64,000 bases of DNA from positions 14,322,001 to 14,386,000 of the forward strand of contig CM120646.1 of assembly GCA_051362555.1 (NCBI GenBank). The letters are read 5' to 3'. The stretch comes from Lingula anatina. Lineage: Eukaryota > Animalia > Brachiopoda. Of this stretch, positions 50,930 through 64,000 are shown in pieces; position 1 is the first letter of the stretch; each line of letters starts with the position of its first letter. Made by a program: the position numbers and the translations under genes. The notes beneath the pieces were generated by a model, which made no database searches, was not told where the DNA came from, and saw only the letters and a list, made by a program, of their open reading frames with translations.

Positions 50930-53248
50930 TAGACTAAATTCCCATGGTTAGAAACTGTTGCATATAGTTGCAATTTGAATTGCAATTCAATTCTAGTAAT
51001 AACCAATCAAAAAAATCAGTCTTCATTAAATCAGAGCCCGTTTGGCCACGGGCACCTTTGCCCCATCCACTTGTTAAGCATGTCATAACTTTGATCTGTA
51101 TGTATTGTGTACCATGACCAGCAAGAAAGTTTCATGAATTCTGTACCATTTCATGAATGCTGTACCATGAACATTAATAGCATGTCATAATTTCTGTACC
51201 ATGAACAGAAGGCTGTCAGGGACAAAGCAGCCGCAGCCAAGAGTCCAGTGCAGTGTCCAACCCCAAGCCAGGACATCCAGGAAAGGATCACCTCCCTGAA
51301 CCATGCTCTGGATGCCTCAGCCTTGGTCACTTCACATGTAAGTATTACAGTAACCAGCAACTGAAAAGAAGAATGTTTTTACAGAAAGTTAATAAAGTTG
51401 AGAAGCGATGACTTAACAATTTTTTTATTAATGAATGTTGATGAATCTGGCAATTAATACTAGGAAAATTAAGTACAGGATGATCGATTCATGACAAATA
51501 TCCTATTGTCACTGTTTTTCTTTTTTTTTTTTCAATTTTTTATCAACAGTTTCAAAAGAAATGTAAGCATGCAGCCATCCCCCTTCCTCCCAAGGTGCCG
51601 TCTCTAGTGCCTTTCTTCAAGCCACTCCCTTTGCAGTACTCAGATGTGGTCAAGATGGATCCTCCAGCCACTAAAACTGCCCTGACCACTGGCTTGACCA
51701 GTGTTATGGACATTGTCAATACTGAGCCCAAGAAAGGTGTGAAGTTTGATGAAATGGTCACAGTGAAGGTAGAGGAGACACTGAAGAAAGCTGCGGTCAT
51801 TTCTCAGGTTGCAGATGTCAGACCTAAGGTAACACACATAATTTAAAACAATTAATCTGTTTCTGGGAATTTCATCAATTTTCCCATATTCATTAAGGTA
51901 ATCTACATCTTAAATCATTGGTGAAATATGTCTAATTCATATTTATTTTTATACCATTAGAAAGTGGAAATTAGAAGAGAAAGCTTCTTGTTAAAACGTT
52001 TTATTTCTCTCTTTGTCTGTTTTTGGTAGTTTTTTCCAACTATAATTATCTCTGTTGATGATTTAAACATCATTGTGAACAGAATAGTAAATGACCTATT
52101 AAGGTTTCAAGTGATCAATACTTTAGCAATTTAAAATGCCTTTTTCATGTTTGATTTATTTCTATCTTTCTCTAGACTCCCATGGGCAAGCAAAGAACTG
52201 TGGCAGAGAACCGCGCTTCACACCGTTACAAACCCTACGACCGTAAATCTGGCAAAAGATCCCAGAGCCAGGAGGTTAGAATATTAATACACATATATTT
52301 GACATCTTTGTCAAATTTTTACTTTCACAGTGTTAAGATTTAAGTAGGCTTAGTTTTTAAGTTATTTCTTCTCTTGTTGCCAAATTGATACTTTCCAAAT
52401 ATTTTTCGGACGAATTTCCAAACTACTGGGGTACATGTACATTTTCTTTCTCTTTTTATCACATGTTGTACATTGACATACTTAATATTTGCTTGTGATT
52501 TGACCAGGTAAGAGAAATCATCCGTGATCTCTCTGCTGCAGAAGAATACTCCCCATTGAGCTTCAGTGATCAACAGCACTGCAAACATCACGGTGCCAGT
52601 AGCGCAGCAGCCTTGGCTCGGATGGAAGATCTTTCCCTGGAAGAGGAGAACATTGCCTCAGGAGGTGCTGCCTCTCCTTTTGCTTTTATCTCAGCAGACT
52701 TCCCACAGCCTAAAACATCCTTGGCTCCTGCCGCAGTGGACATCAACAACAACGTGGAGGAATTGGAGGAGGAGGAGGATCTTGAAGGGCAAGAGGTATC
52801 TTGGGGCAGCTTCACGGATCTTGCCAATCGCAAACGACCAGCTTCTCCAGTTGCCACGGCCTTGGAAGATGGGGCTCTTCTTGGCGCAACCGCTGCAGTC
52901 GTGACTGCTGATAAGTCCGAGACTCTCCCACTGGAATCCCAGCACAAAGTGCACTGTACTTCGCCCACCGTATCTTATGGGGCTGCTTCTCTCCCTCCCC
53001 GTTGCAAGAAACCCGCCAGGAAATTCGTCCGATATTACAGAAAGAACTACAGCAAAGGTGGCAAGAGTTCATTCATCCGCACCTCATCCCAGGGAAAAAC
53101 TGACAAGACCAAAGTTGGGGAGTGTCTTGACAACAACGCCTCTAGCGAGCAGAAAGGTAACAGGGACCGGAAGCGGCCCTTTCGTTCCTCCACTGCAGGC
53201 CAGCGTTGGAACAGTTCCTTTCATGCCTACAGTGGATCAAGTGAATAA
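40302..53248 (+). CDS. SKICH-domain + coiled-coil protein (TAX1BP1/CALCOCO-like N-terminus), 16 coding exons, ~1055 aa
   Basis: Exons 40302-40413, 40836-41020, 41368-41557, 41899-42329, 42839-43038, 43325-43460, 47943-48094, 48370-48541, 49014-49121, 49645-49756, 50125-50196, 50701-50750, 51209-51337, 51550-51828, 52176-52274, 52508-53248 give 3168 nt in continuous frame. The SKICH signature is ITFEDIQENYMPGADIFVTY...DWIGLF...VLFDARSLP...YQFLY...IGTSKLFKI. Exons 6-10 encode a heptad-rich coiled coil. The distal exons are less certain. Confidence 0.75.
41151..41227. repeat. (CT)n microsatellite
   Basis: Direct reading. Confidence 0.9.
42591..42668. repeat. (TTTA)n microsatellite
   Basis: Direct reading. 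Confidence 0.9.
43661..44403 (+). mobile_element. Helentron-associated (HINE/DINE-1-like) element with a 161-bp internal tandem array
   Basis: A T-run is followed by the hairpin ATGTACAGACACA-GA-TGTGTCTGTACAT (~43668-43695), then a (GTC/GCC)n microsatellite (~43715-43770). Then come 161-bp units starting 43779, 43940, 44101 and ~44262 (last one degenerate). The right boundary is uncertain. Confidence 0.65.
44809..46325. repeat. ~337-bp tandem repeat, about 4.5 copies, degrading rightwards
   Basis: Units begin TTGGCATTTT...TGACTTTGAAGTTCCATGA.CCTG.AGA.CTTTGCT.GTCACATTTTCTGAA at ~44809, 45147 and 45484, with diverged copies at ~45815 and ~46148. Confidence 0.8.
46579..46658. repeat. (TA)n microsatellite
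   Basis: Direct reading. Another (TA)n tract lies at ~32990-33033. Confidence 0.9.
46706..46933 (+). mobile_element. Short non-autonomous Helentron/HINE-like element
   Basis: It has subterminal inverted repeats CTCTGCCAAGG (46717-46727) and CCTTGGCAGAG (46896-46906), a GTTTGTCTGT microsatellite remnant, a 3' hairpin GCACT-CTCAA-AGTGC (46911-46925) and a TTTTCTAG end. Confidence 0.65.
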
Positions 53249-55595
53249 AGGAACTGGCCGTTACTCAGAAATTGAAAACTGTGATAGAGTGGATGACGTA
53301 GAAAAACTTGTTAAAGACTCGAAGGATACCCAAAACTGTTTGATAGACAATAAACAGAAGCCCGTTTGTTTTAATGAAAATATCATTTTTAAGCAACCTC
53401 CTTCTTTCATTCCTCAGCTTCGATCAACTTTTGTTCGGGAATCGCGGCCCAGAATGTCAGGCGGTCAGTCACAGGCAGACGATACGATCTTCGACACAGA
53501 TGTGGCGTGTGTCCCTGATATCGTTTTCCGAGGAATTTCTGTTTGGACTCGAATATATAAAGCTTTTGCAGGATGTATTTGGCCCAAGCGCTCTACACGC
53601 AGTAGAGTTTATGACGTTTAAGTTTCTGATGAAAAGTCGATCATCCAGTCAGGTTAATATTAAAAGCAAAAAGGACTAGCTGATATTTATACGTCACATT
53701 TGCATCACTTTGTGGGGAGATGAAAAAGAAACGATGCTAACAGTGTGCGAGAAAGTAAAGGAAATCGTACATTTCTCAAACATATGGTTCACACTTTCAA
53801 CTATTTTCTACAGCGGAATCTAATGTTACTTGTGTTAAGTCGTCATTTATCTATTTTCTTTTGTATGGAAGACATTTTGTTGAGAAATTTATCATGTAGG
53901 GTTTATATAGCATGGTAATTCTGAAAGTAATTTTCTCACTGGCTTTCTTCCGACGGGCTTCTTCATTTGCGGTGGTTAGGTCCGGTCATTGGTGAACAAT
54001 TGCCCCATATTATCTAAGATTTACTGCCCTTTTATAGGGGTCGTCCTCTCAGCGATCAATTAATTTTCAAGATCGCTATTTGATGACAGTCATTTGGGGA
54101 GCCAGTACCTGGCCCTTTTGAATGATTTTGAACTCTGAGATTTAAACAATAGTGCAATTATCGTGCAATTGACAGACGTGGTCATCATATAGAGCAGTTT
54201 AATGGCATTTGCCCTGGATTTTTATTTATTTATTAAGTGACTCCTTATCTTCATACCACGTCAAATTATATTTTATTCTTAAGGAATTGTGCTGTGATAA
54301 GCGGTTAGCAGAGAAAGCGAGTTGGGTGATTTGGATAACAATTGTAACAGATTTTCGCTGTATGTTAAGTATTGCTTTAACCGTTCCATTTAGAATACTT
54401 GTGGTGTTGTTTGCTTGCGATTTCAAAACGTGCACCAAAAATACAAAATTGGGACAATACGAGGACTTCAGCTGGACTGAAGCGATGTCGTAAATTACTG
54501 CAAAAGTGACCTAATAAACTTGATAAGAAAACTGCATTGCTGGTTGTTTTCTTAGAAAATGGGATAGCACGTTGCATATGCAGAAAGTGATGTTAGGAAA
54601 TGGTATTTTTCATTGCAACGAGCGACAATTAATGAAGGCAGCTCTTTTAATTTGACCAAAATCTTTACCCATAGCAATGTGCTTTTTGCGACTATTAAAT
54701 TGCATCGACTGCATACACTAATTTCAAAGAACCTGACCCAACTATCTGACTACAAAGTGATTTAATGCAATAAATGGAATATATATTTATCAAGAAGATA
54801 AACGGTACACGTGCTGTTGCTATTGAACGTTTTTACAGAATTCCTGGAAGCGCGCTGCTCCAACGTTTCGAGGCCTTAATTTCACCCAAATATCCCGTTA
54901 ATCATTAGGTCACACAAAATTAATGACTAAGTACTTTTGAGGGCAAGATTCTTGTGAAGTTAGACAATTAAATAAGAAATAATTAATGAGTATTGTCTCG
55001 ACTCCTTGTTTACCCAACCTGCGATCAAATGTGGCTGGTTTTGCGCAGTACAAGCTTTAATTTGTTTGTTTACCTATTTGCTTAATCATTTTTTAATTTT
55101 ATTTCTATTTGGTTGTGTGTCATTCTACTGACTCAACTGTTTTCTTGTTTACCTACATGATTGATACCGTATACTTTTACCCCCCAGATGGCTTGCCAAG
55201 TTTCGCAAGGATTGATAAGGTCATAGATACGCACTCCCACCCCTTCCTCGAAGAAATGTTACTAAGCATGTATCAACAAATGTAAGGGTTGGGGGGGGGG
55301 GGGGGGTAACCAAATTTGGGTAAAAATTTTATTTTTTCACAGTCAAAGTTTCCTTATAGCAGGGTTATTTATTCATTTGTCATAATTTCTTGTGTATGTA
55401 TTCATTTGCTATGTATGTATATATATTCTAAGACCAACTTGAGTAATGAAATGTGGGATAGATAAAATTGAACGCAAGCAGTAGCATGTCCAGTGGTATG
55501 TAGTGTATTAGTGTATGAGGATTCAAAGATTTGCTGCAGCCCCCCGAGTTCATACTGAGTCGGATCTTTCTGGATACACCCTCTCCAACTCTTGG

Positions 55596-55657
<62 letters not shown>

Positions 55658-58600
55658 TTGATTGCTACAATTATCACAGAGATTTTGACCCAAATGAGTA
55701 TATTATTTTGCATGGCACTTTTTATGAAATAATTAATATATTACGTATTTCTGCGTATTGAGCAAGTGCCCCACACACAGAGCTTCACGCCAAGTCCCGC
55801 CTCTACTGCCAAATAAATTCCTCAGTTAACTGTCCCCCTTACCGGTCAACATGCCACGTGCTTGTGAAAAAATGTGTATTATGTACAGCTGGACTTTTAT
55901 GACAATGGGCTCAATGGTTATTTAATACAGAGGAATGTGTGTTGGTGACGAAGAAGACCTTCTCGTGTGGGCCGTGTCACAGCCATATCGATACCCTTGC
56001 CGCCCACCTTAGTTTTGTGTTATGTACAGCCCCACTATACGGGATAATATTGTTGTTTAAGAATCTGAAAATCAATGTGAAAGAAACGTTGTGATTAAAG
56101 AGTTTGTCAAGTCTTATCTGAATAACATCAAATTATATTATTTTAATTAATCTCATTACCAAATTATATATTATTTTCGTTTATTTATTTCATTTTGTTT
56201 TTCGTTTCATTTTCTATCTTAAGTTAGAGGTGTGTATCGCGACTTTGGTACATTATTTGCTGACCAAATAACCAGTTAGACCTAAAGTGCAATTTGCCTA
56301 GGGCATTTTAATTGCTAATCTACTTCTTATTGATTCTGAATGGGATAGGTCCTTAGAGACCATAGAAATTAGACGAACCGACCAATATTGAGTCGTGATT
56401 ACCCCTAGTTAATGTATTGCCGAGTACCGGTCATTGACAGGGATATAACACAAAACTTGTATGTCCAGAATGAAAAGAAAAACAAAACGAGCTTTTCTTA
56501 CATATCTTATTCTGAATTCAACACCGGAATAAGATTATTCACGTAGAAATTCAAAGATTACACTTATTTCAAAGCAACCACAGTCAAATAAAATTTTGAT
56601 TTTAAATAAGTAAATGGATAGATATCTACCGTTTGAATTAAAAATGAGTTAAAAAGAGGAAGAGAAGCATGATAAGGATGCAGTTATGTACAACAGATCA
56701 GTTATTTCAAATACAGCTGGCAGCATACTATGCAACTTTGACTTACTCTGCCACTCCCCTCCACCACCCCCCCCCCCCCCCCCACCCCAATCCCTAGCAG
56801 ACACATTCGCCCAGAAATGTGACTTTCAACAACGCCAGTCTCCGCCACTTACTTAATTTCTAAACTAACAGTCTGTTGAATGGTACCAATAATTAAGTTT
56901 CCGGGGGCCAGGCCCATCTGTTAACATTTTGCAAGTTATGAAATCAAGGACACTTTTAGGGATTTTGTGGTAGAAGAATTACTTTAACAAATCTTTCTTT
57001 CTTCACGGTTTAACATTGTGTTTGCTAAAAAACTATGTAACTAAGATTTTTTTGTCATTAATTCATTCTTCAAATATCCAATAACCGTTCTTTAATTCGC
57101 CAAAGTCTAGTATATACGCGGTGACACCGTTTGGGACAGCAATAGGCACACTCTTCACGTACATATCGTAACCAACAATTATCATAGGATTATGCATTGT
57201 ATTGCAACGATGTTGTTAACATCTTAAGTAACTCAATGAGTGTTTGCCAACTACAAGATGCCTTGTTCTACAAGGAAGTTCCTGTCTATTCCTAATCAAA
57301 TCAAACATGTACTTCCTATGGGAATGCAGGAATTACGTTTTGACTAGTACCATATCGATGGATGCGCGCTTTTGGTGTTTTAGGAGAATAGCAAAGTCAT
57401 CTGTGGCGTCGCATCACCTGTTACTGCATGGATTACAAAAAAACTGACACCAACAGATCTATCTCAATTTTTGATTAGATACTCAACCAGTAATACAACA
57501 TTTTACTGAAGTATCATGGGTGCATACCATTGCCCCCATGGTACTGGTGTTTGGGGATTTGAATTGTCTGAAGAGCAGACAGGCTGGTATCAGCAGAATT
57601 ACCCTTTCAGTTCTGATTAAATATCCAACAGCTAATTAGAAATAAACACAACATATGCTTAACCATCACGGGTACATTGCATTCTACTGTTACATAAACG
57701 GTGCCTTAGTTTCAACCATCTATAAACTCTCGTTCTAAACGCAGATCATATTCTTGCATGCAAATGGAAAACTAATTATATTTCCTATATTTGTGAATTG
57801 GAAGCCGCCCTTTCTAGTGATGTATCAAGTCTTATTCTACTTTCATTATGGAGACGTGGTACACCCTGGTTCTCATAGTTTACAAGAGAACCATCAGCTT
57901 GCCTGAGGTACACGGTATGCTTATGATAATATCTGAAACCCAGGGTGGTAACCCAATGAAATTTGGTACACAAAATTGATAATTTGGGGAGGCGGTCAGA
58001 TGGATTCTTGTCATTTTAATTATGGTTGTATTTTAATCACGATATCTTTAAATACAAAGGTGCAAAATATGTTATCGTTTCAATATAGCGAAATATTTTT
58101 TGTCCATATAATTGCAAATATACATGGCCATATAAAAGTGCCATTAAAGATGTGGGCTTTCTTACTAGAGGCGTCGGTTTAAGTACTAACAGAACCAGTT
58201 TTATATGCGCTGTAAGTTTCTGTGACCCATTTCTCTGTCAAAGCTCTTAATTACGACAGACAACCCGCCCGATGTCCGACCTATCTGTAATACCCTTAAA
58301 AAGGAAATCGTTTAGGTTATACATCTCGAGGGAGAGGGACTTTACGTCAAATTGAATGCTTCTCGACGGTGTGTTTTGCATTATATTTATTTTATTAGAT
58401 TAATCATTCAATATCTGTTTTGCAAAATCTCTCCCGAGACTCGTGAGTCAGCGGCATGGTGGTTTGTAACTAATTCACAACGACGGTTGATTAAGGTTGT
58501 GTTAGGTTGTGTTTTCACTTCCTTCCAAGACATACAAACAGTGGTTGTTGCACTGACGTAGAAGAAAGTATCGGGTCAAAATAATTTGAAATGGTATCAC

Positions 58601-59238
58601 TTGGAATAATATTATTTGCTTTGTTTAATTATCAGAAATCGGTTCTGCATTACGACAGCAAGTGACTGAGTTCTGCTTAAATTCAATCAGCGATGCTCTT
58701 CGTGCAATTAAGAGGATTCAGAACATTACGCATGCTAGGTGCATGGTCTTACTCAAATTACACCTAATAAAATGTTTTATTTTTCCTAGTAAAATTTTTC
58801 TTGGTAAGCGTTATATTGAATTTCTTTTATTTACCAAATTGTCCGTAATTGAAATCTGATCAACGGAGGAGGCGCACCTTTCTTTCAAAACAATAGCAAA
58901 CATAGGCGAAATTGTTAGAGCGTGTACATACTAGGAATTCTCCTCTATCTACAAAGTGCGATATTGACTTGTGCTATAACCCCCAATTGAATTAGGGGAA
59001 AATGAAGAGCTATTTGATTCCTCAAAGTCAGTTTTATTGATCTAGCCCCTTCGTTTTATCTTTTTTTCCCGCTGATATTGAAATCGATGTAAACTTGGGC
59101 TTTCACAGCGATTACCGCCACCATTACTTCAGAGTGTCAGGGAATGCAATGACGGGGGTCGGTTTCGAAAATAACATATGTCAAAATTTTTTCACGGCAT
59201 TGAGAGCGTTATTTTACTCTACATTTCAAAAATTCAGT

Positions 59239-59278
<40 letters not shown>

Positions 59279-59313
59279 CAGGGGGGTGATCGTTGAAGGT
59301 GATTGTGTATTAA

Positions 59314-62300
59314 GAGCGCGTCCATGAGAAAGCCAGACAGATCGGTCAGAAGGCGGCAAGGTGGGGGTCAGCAGATTTTAATAATTTTTGGTGTGGTAAA
59401 CCATCAACATAAAAGATATTGTGAGCCACTGGCTTTCTTATTTTGGATCATTAGTTTTAGAGATATGGGGGCAGATCTTTTATTGTCAATTTTGCCAAAA
59501 TATAGCATTTTTTAGCTCTTGAAAAGTTATAATTTTAAATATTCTTTTAAAAAATCATGTACATCATAAGGAATTATTTAGGTAAGCCACATGATAGGTT
59601 AAGGAAAGACCTTTAATACCCAGTACAGATTTTTTGAAAAGACACTGTCATGACCACACAAGGTTGATTCTAATAAGGCATGTTTTCCGTATGCTTGACC
59701 CCCTCCCCTTCTTTAAATGCACACAACTTCTTTTTTGCAGGTTGTATCCATATAATTTTGGTATGTACTGATAGAAAAGGGTTGAAAAATAAATTTTGTA
59801 AAATAAAATCTATGTTAAACCTTGTAAAATTAGAACTATAACAATTTTAAAAAGGGCCTAAAAACGAATATTTTTATACTATTTAAATGCTAAACTGTTT
59901 CTTCAACTAAATTAATAAGTCAAAACCATGTATAGGTTTGTGAAAAGCCCTTAAAATAATTATGTTTGCCCTGCAGACGAACTTATGAAGCGAAAATACA
60001 TTTTTTAATTTGTTTATGTTGTGGAAACTAAATGTAAAATAACGATGCTAACTCTGTGACCTATTTTCAACATGGCGGGTACTAGGATTATCACCGGAGC
60101 AACTGTGGAGCAAAGCACATCGTCTTCACAGTGTTAAAACATAATACTTTCTTAAATTTATGAAGAACACGCACTAGAGATGCTTAGGTACATCTCAGAA
60201 GGATTGGTGTGCACCAGAATATAACAAGAAATGACCATAGCAGCTGGTCGTCCTTAGAAAGTGCATTTTTTGGTTGAACCACTTCAGACTTAAGTTATGA
60301 CTGTTGTCAGGCTTGGGTTCCTCAATATATCTATCTATCTCATCGATTTAGCTCTGGATGTTTGTTGTAAGGTAAGTGATCAGTGGTGGCATACATATAC
60401 TAGAATCAGATACACTAAAAACTCAAACCAGTTTAAATAATAAGTTTGAATATTATTCAGTAATATAAAGAATATTAAGCAAATTTAAAAGACGTACTGG
60501 TATATTTCAGTTCACAGAGTTTTACTTGATTTCTGTTTCATGGTAAACATGTATGCTGAAAAGAATTAACTGTGTATCTAACTTATGAAGTATATTTTTG
60601 CATTAAATTCTAGGGCTTTGTTACATGTGTTATCATAACACAAACAGTTAAGGACTATACTGAGCTTGAAGACGGCTTCATTAGAAATTTCTTACCCAGA
60701 ATCAAAGGTATGTAACACACATTCAGGTTCAAGTTTTGGCATTTTAGGGGATGTTACTTGTGCCAGTTTTTTATATTTTAGTTTCATATTCACTATGCAG
60801 ATTTATGTGTGTTTACAATGAAGTTGAATTTAACTGCCTAGCTTTATGTGACTTTGTAACACTGTGTGCTTCAATTTTCAAGACTTACATATTACACAGG
60901 ACACTTGTAACTAAAGGTACTTTAGTAAAATCAGGAAAACTTTACGGTCCATTATGTTGTTCATGTTGCTTTGCAAGGGGGCGTGCCTGACAATTAAGCT
61001 GATTACAACGACTGAGCCCGAGTGTGATACTCCGCTAAGATAGATTGATCCTGCTACTTTATAGTTTCTATTCTGAACACAGTAAACCTCTGTTGTTGTA
61101 AAGCATTTATTGATGTTATGTCTATTTTTCAGATTTTACATCCTAGGTCTGTATGTGAACCTTGACCTGGACAATCTTACAGACAATAATAGAAAAGTCA
61201 CCTGAAATTGCACAGGCAAATTCATCAGATTCAGATGTGAGCACCAACTTTGTAATGCCTAGAACACTTCCACGGAGAAGAAAAAAGGTTTACCTTTTTC
61301 ATTTGTTTCTTTTTCTGTCATGAAATTCTGGTAGCTACAATCATGCATATTTGATTTCCTTTTTTATACTTATGCAATATGTTTGATCAGAATATTATTT
61401 AGTAATTGTTCTTATACAGCAATTAACATGAGTTTAAAATATGTTTAATACATTTTCTTTTGACAGCCTGTCCTGCCATCTTCAGGTAGACGTAGAAGTG
61501 GATATCCTGGCACACCTCTATTGGACTTAGAGCCACCTTGGGTCAATCCCCCATAACAAATGTGCATCTTAGGCTTGGCAATCTCAATCAGTTTTGTAGG
61601 AAAGAAGGATTGTCGCCATTGAATTGACAAATATTGACCATTGACAGTTCAGTCACACTAAACTATAGTGGCATGTTGCTTCAAGTTACCACACTTATTC
61701 TAAGATTGCTGAATTATCATTACTGTAGGAGACCCTGGATCTCTCAACCAGAAGAAGAAACTTGGGGATCAATCAGATTAAAATCTGCGGAACACTACCC
61801 ATCACTGTTGTGTTTAGTATATGGAAAATATGACCGTGATATTGGAACCTTGGAGATTCATAACTTGATTTCACTCCTGTAAAAAGTAACTGCTTTGTTC
61901 TTTTACTGTCCAATTGATAATATAAAAATAAAGTACTCCTCCTGTCATTGTATGTTGCTGACTCTGTTTTAATTTTCTTTATAGAAAAAGAATATAGATA
62001 TAAAGATTTCACATGTATTTACAAAGCCTATGAATCATTTGAAAGGAAAAAGGATGGTTGAAAAATGCAGTATAAATCATTTCAAGTGGATTAATTAGTG
62101 TTGCACTTGAGAAAACTGATAAAATGAGACAGTCATTCCCTTTTACCTTTAGATGCTGATGACACTGGATATGCACAGTAATAACTTATTAAATGGGGGG
62201 GGGGGGAATAACTTGTCACTAGTAATTTAAATTTATTCAGAAGTTGTATGGCTCTGTTTGAAAAGAATATTATTTGAGCAATCCTGTGTTACAGATCTCA

Positions 62301-63069
62301 AAATAAAAAACCTGCAAAAAAAGGGGCCTCTTGATTATTTTGAGGAATTATGGTAACTGTATTTTGGGACAGATTTGATGGCAGCCATTTTGTATTTATA
62401 AAAATTGGATAGATTTGCCCTTATCAAAGCATAGTTTGAATTCCTGGCTGTGAGTCTTTGATTAAATTTGATTATTGGAAGGTATTATCTCAAAATGTAC
62501 TGATATCTTGATTTCGGCCGTTTGGTTTTCTGCTAAAATTGCTATAGTTTGAGGCACTTTTTCAATATCTTCTGTTGTGTTTAACACACTTTTTAAATGT
62601 TGTATGATGAGACCAATATATGCTTAGGATCACTATAAAATTTTATGGCTGTCAAGCCTGCAAAAAGAGAGATATGAATGCTTGAACATTGCTTGGTAGA
62701 AAAGTGAGTTTGGGGGGTGGGGTCATAAAAATGGGCGTGGCTCCTTAGTTTGTGGGTTAAACTGAAATTTAGTAACATATTCTCAATGGCAAATGGCTGG
62801 TTTAAATAGGTAAATTTTCAATTAATTTTAAAAAGTCATCAGTTTTGACATATTTGCTTATGAAGTGGCTTTATTGACCGAAGCTGAAAATCAAGCCAAA
62901 AATGGCCAAAACATATAATATCATATTATAATTATATCTAATGATTTCTTTTGGGATTGTTGTCTTCAATCTTAATATCTCCTATATATGCAACAATATT
63001 ATGAATTTGGTTGAAATCTGTTGACCCCCACCTTGCCACCCTCTGACTGGTCTTATCATGGACACACAC
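59314..63069. mobile_element. Degenerate TIR DNA transposon with TTAA flanks (Kolobok- or piggyBac-like), ~3.76 kb, no intact ORF
   Basis: TTAA sits at 59310-59313 and 63070-63073. The left end GAGCGCGTCCATGAGAA...GTCAGAAGGCGGCAAGGTGGGGGTCAGCAGATTT matches the reverse complement of the right end, GTGTGTGTCCATGATAA...GTCAGAGGGTGGCAAGGTGGGGGTCAACAGATTT. Confidence 0.6.
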
Positions 63070-64000
63070 TTAAATTACATCTTTATAGATATATTTAGAT
63101 GTGACAGATGAAACATTTTGATGCCTACATCCCCTCATCTCTAACCACGACAGATATAGCCTGCTATAGCCTTACAGGGATAACAACTCTTCTTATGAGA
63201 TCCATATTTCACGATAAATATATTGCTATCAACTCATAGAAATAGAATAAATTCTATTTTACCACCGATACGGCGGTTTTGGCAATTATTTTGGAATTTG
63301 TGCTTGCCATCGAAACATGTGACCTTCATAAATGGCTACCCGCTGAAATAATCTCTTAAAACCGAACTTTTTAGAAAAAAAAAACAGACTAATTATGAGT
63401 GTCGAAACGGATTCATTAACCATCGGTTAGTATGAGAAAATTGTCATTTACCCCAGGAAAATCCATTTTTTGGTCCAAAATACCACTTCTTATCCCTTTA
63501 ATGTCACTACGAATTATTGGCCCAATAGACAGATTACTAAATCAATTTAAATCCACCTTCACTCTCGTACTTTTTTTCGCCCTGAAAATAATTTACTTTC
63601 GGTGAAATCTAAATCGGTTCACAACACAAACATCCGTCTGCCAATCGATTTAAGTCAAAGTTCTTTGAATACAGTGTTTCCTTAAATTGTGTTTTACGCC
63701 AGGGCCAGGTTATGTGTTAAGACGGGTCGATAAGGCGCGGGGTACATTTCCAGTTATTCTTGCTGAATAGGATTAACCTGTCTTCATTTCTTAAATTGCA
63801 GGCAGAAAAATGAGAATCAAAATATGCTACAAAACAGCGAAATAATTCAGGAATTGAGAGAATTGGACACAAAAAAAACTTATAATAATCTGCCAAATTT
63901 ACGTTTATGTGACGTGCTTCACAGATGTTGTGACGTCACAAAACCCATATCACCTTGAATTGCTTTCGAGTCTGCCTTTCTCCGTGTAATGATATAATGT

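Noticed and set aside
52566-53072. Alternative-frame and antisense ORFs over the last SKICH gene exon
   Set aside because: These are expected by-products of a GC-richer coding exon, with no motifs.
40302-53248. Assigning the symbol TAX1BP1 or CALCOCO2
   Set aside because: Only the SKICH domain and coiled coil are recognisable. There is no UBZ finger and the rest is divergent, so orthology cannot be supported.
53700-59300. Scattered 60-100 aa ORFs
   Set aside because: They have no consistent splice structure or recognisable domains, and some derive from (AAT)n. I treat the region as UTR or intergenic.

Overview
AT-rich, intron-rich animal genomic DNA, probably an invertebrate (the repeats look mollusc-like; this is inference). 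I rebuilt six host genes exon by exon from GT-AG sites and reading phase: PEX11 (-), MRPL32 (-) head-to-head with PSMA2 (+), NHEJ1/XLF (-) head-to-head with GGACT (+), and a 16-exon SKICH/coiled-coil gene (+). GGACT has two duplicated, intact alternative last exons. The main find is a complete 12.2-kb Mutator-like (MULE) DNA transposon at 22264-34481 inside XLF intron 1. It has a perfect 9-bp TSD (TGGCAAATT), ~293-bp TIRs and its own core promoter. Its spliced ~971-aa ORF fuses a PHD finger, an intact OTU/vertnin-like cysteine protease, three tandem SUMO-interaction-like motifs and an intact DDE transposase. The window also holds Helentron/HINE-like elements with internal tandem arrays, small MITEs, a degenerate TTAA-flanked TIR element near the right end and many microsatellites. 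About 1-7 kb and 54-59 kb show no supportable coding genes.
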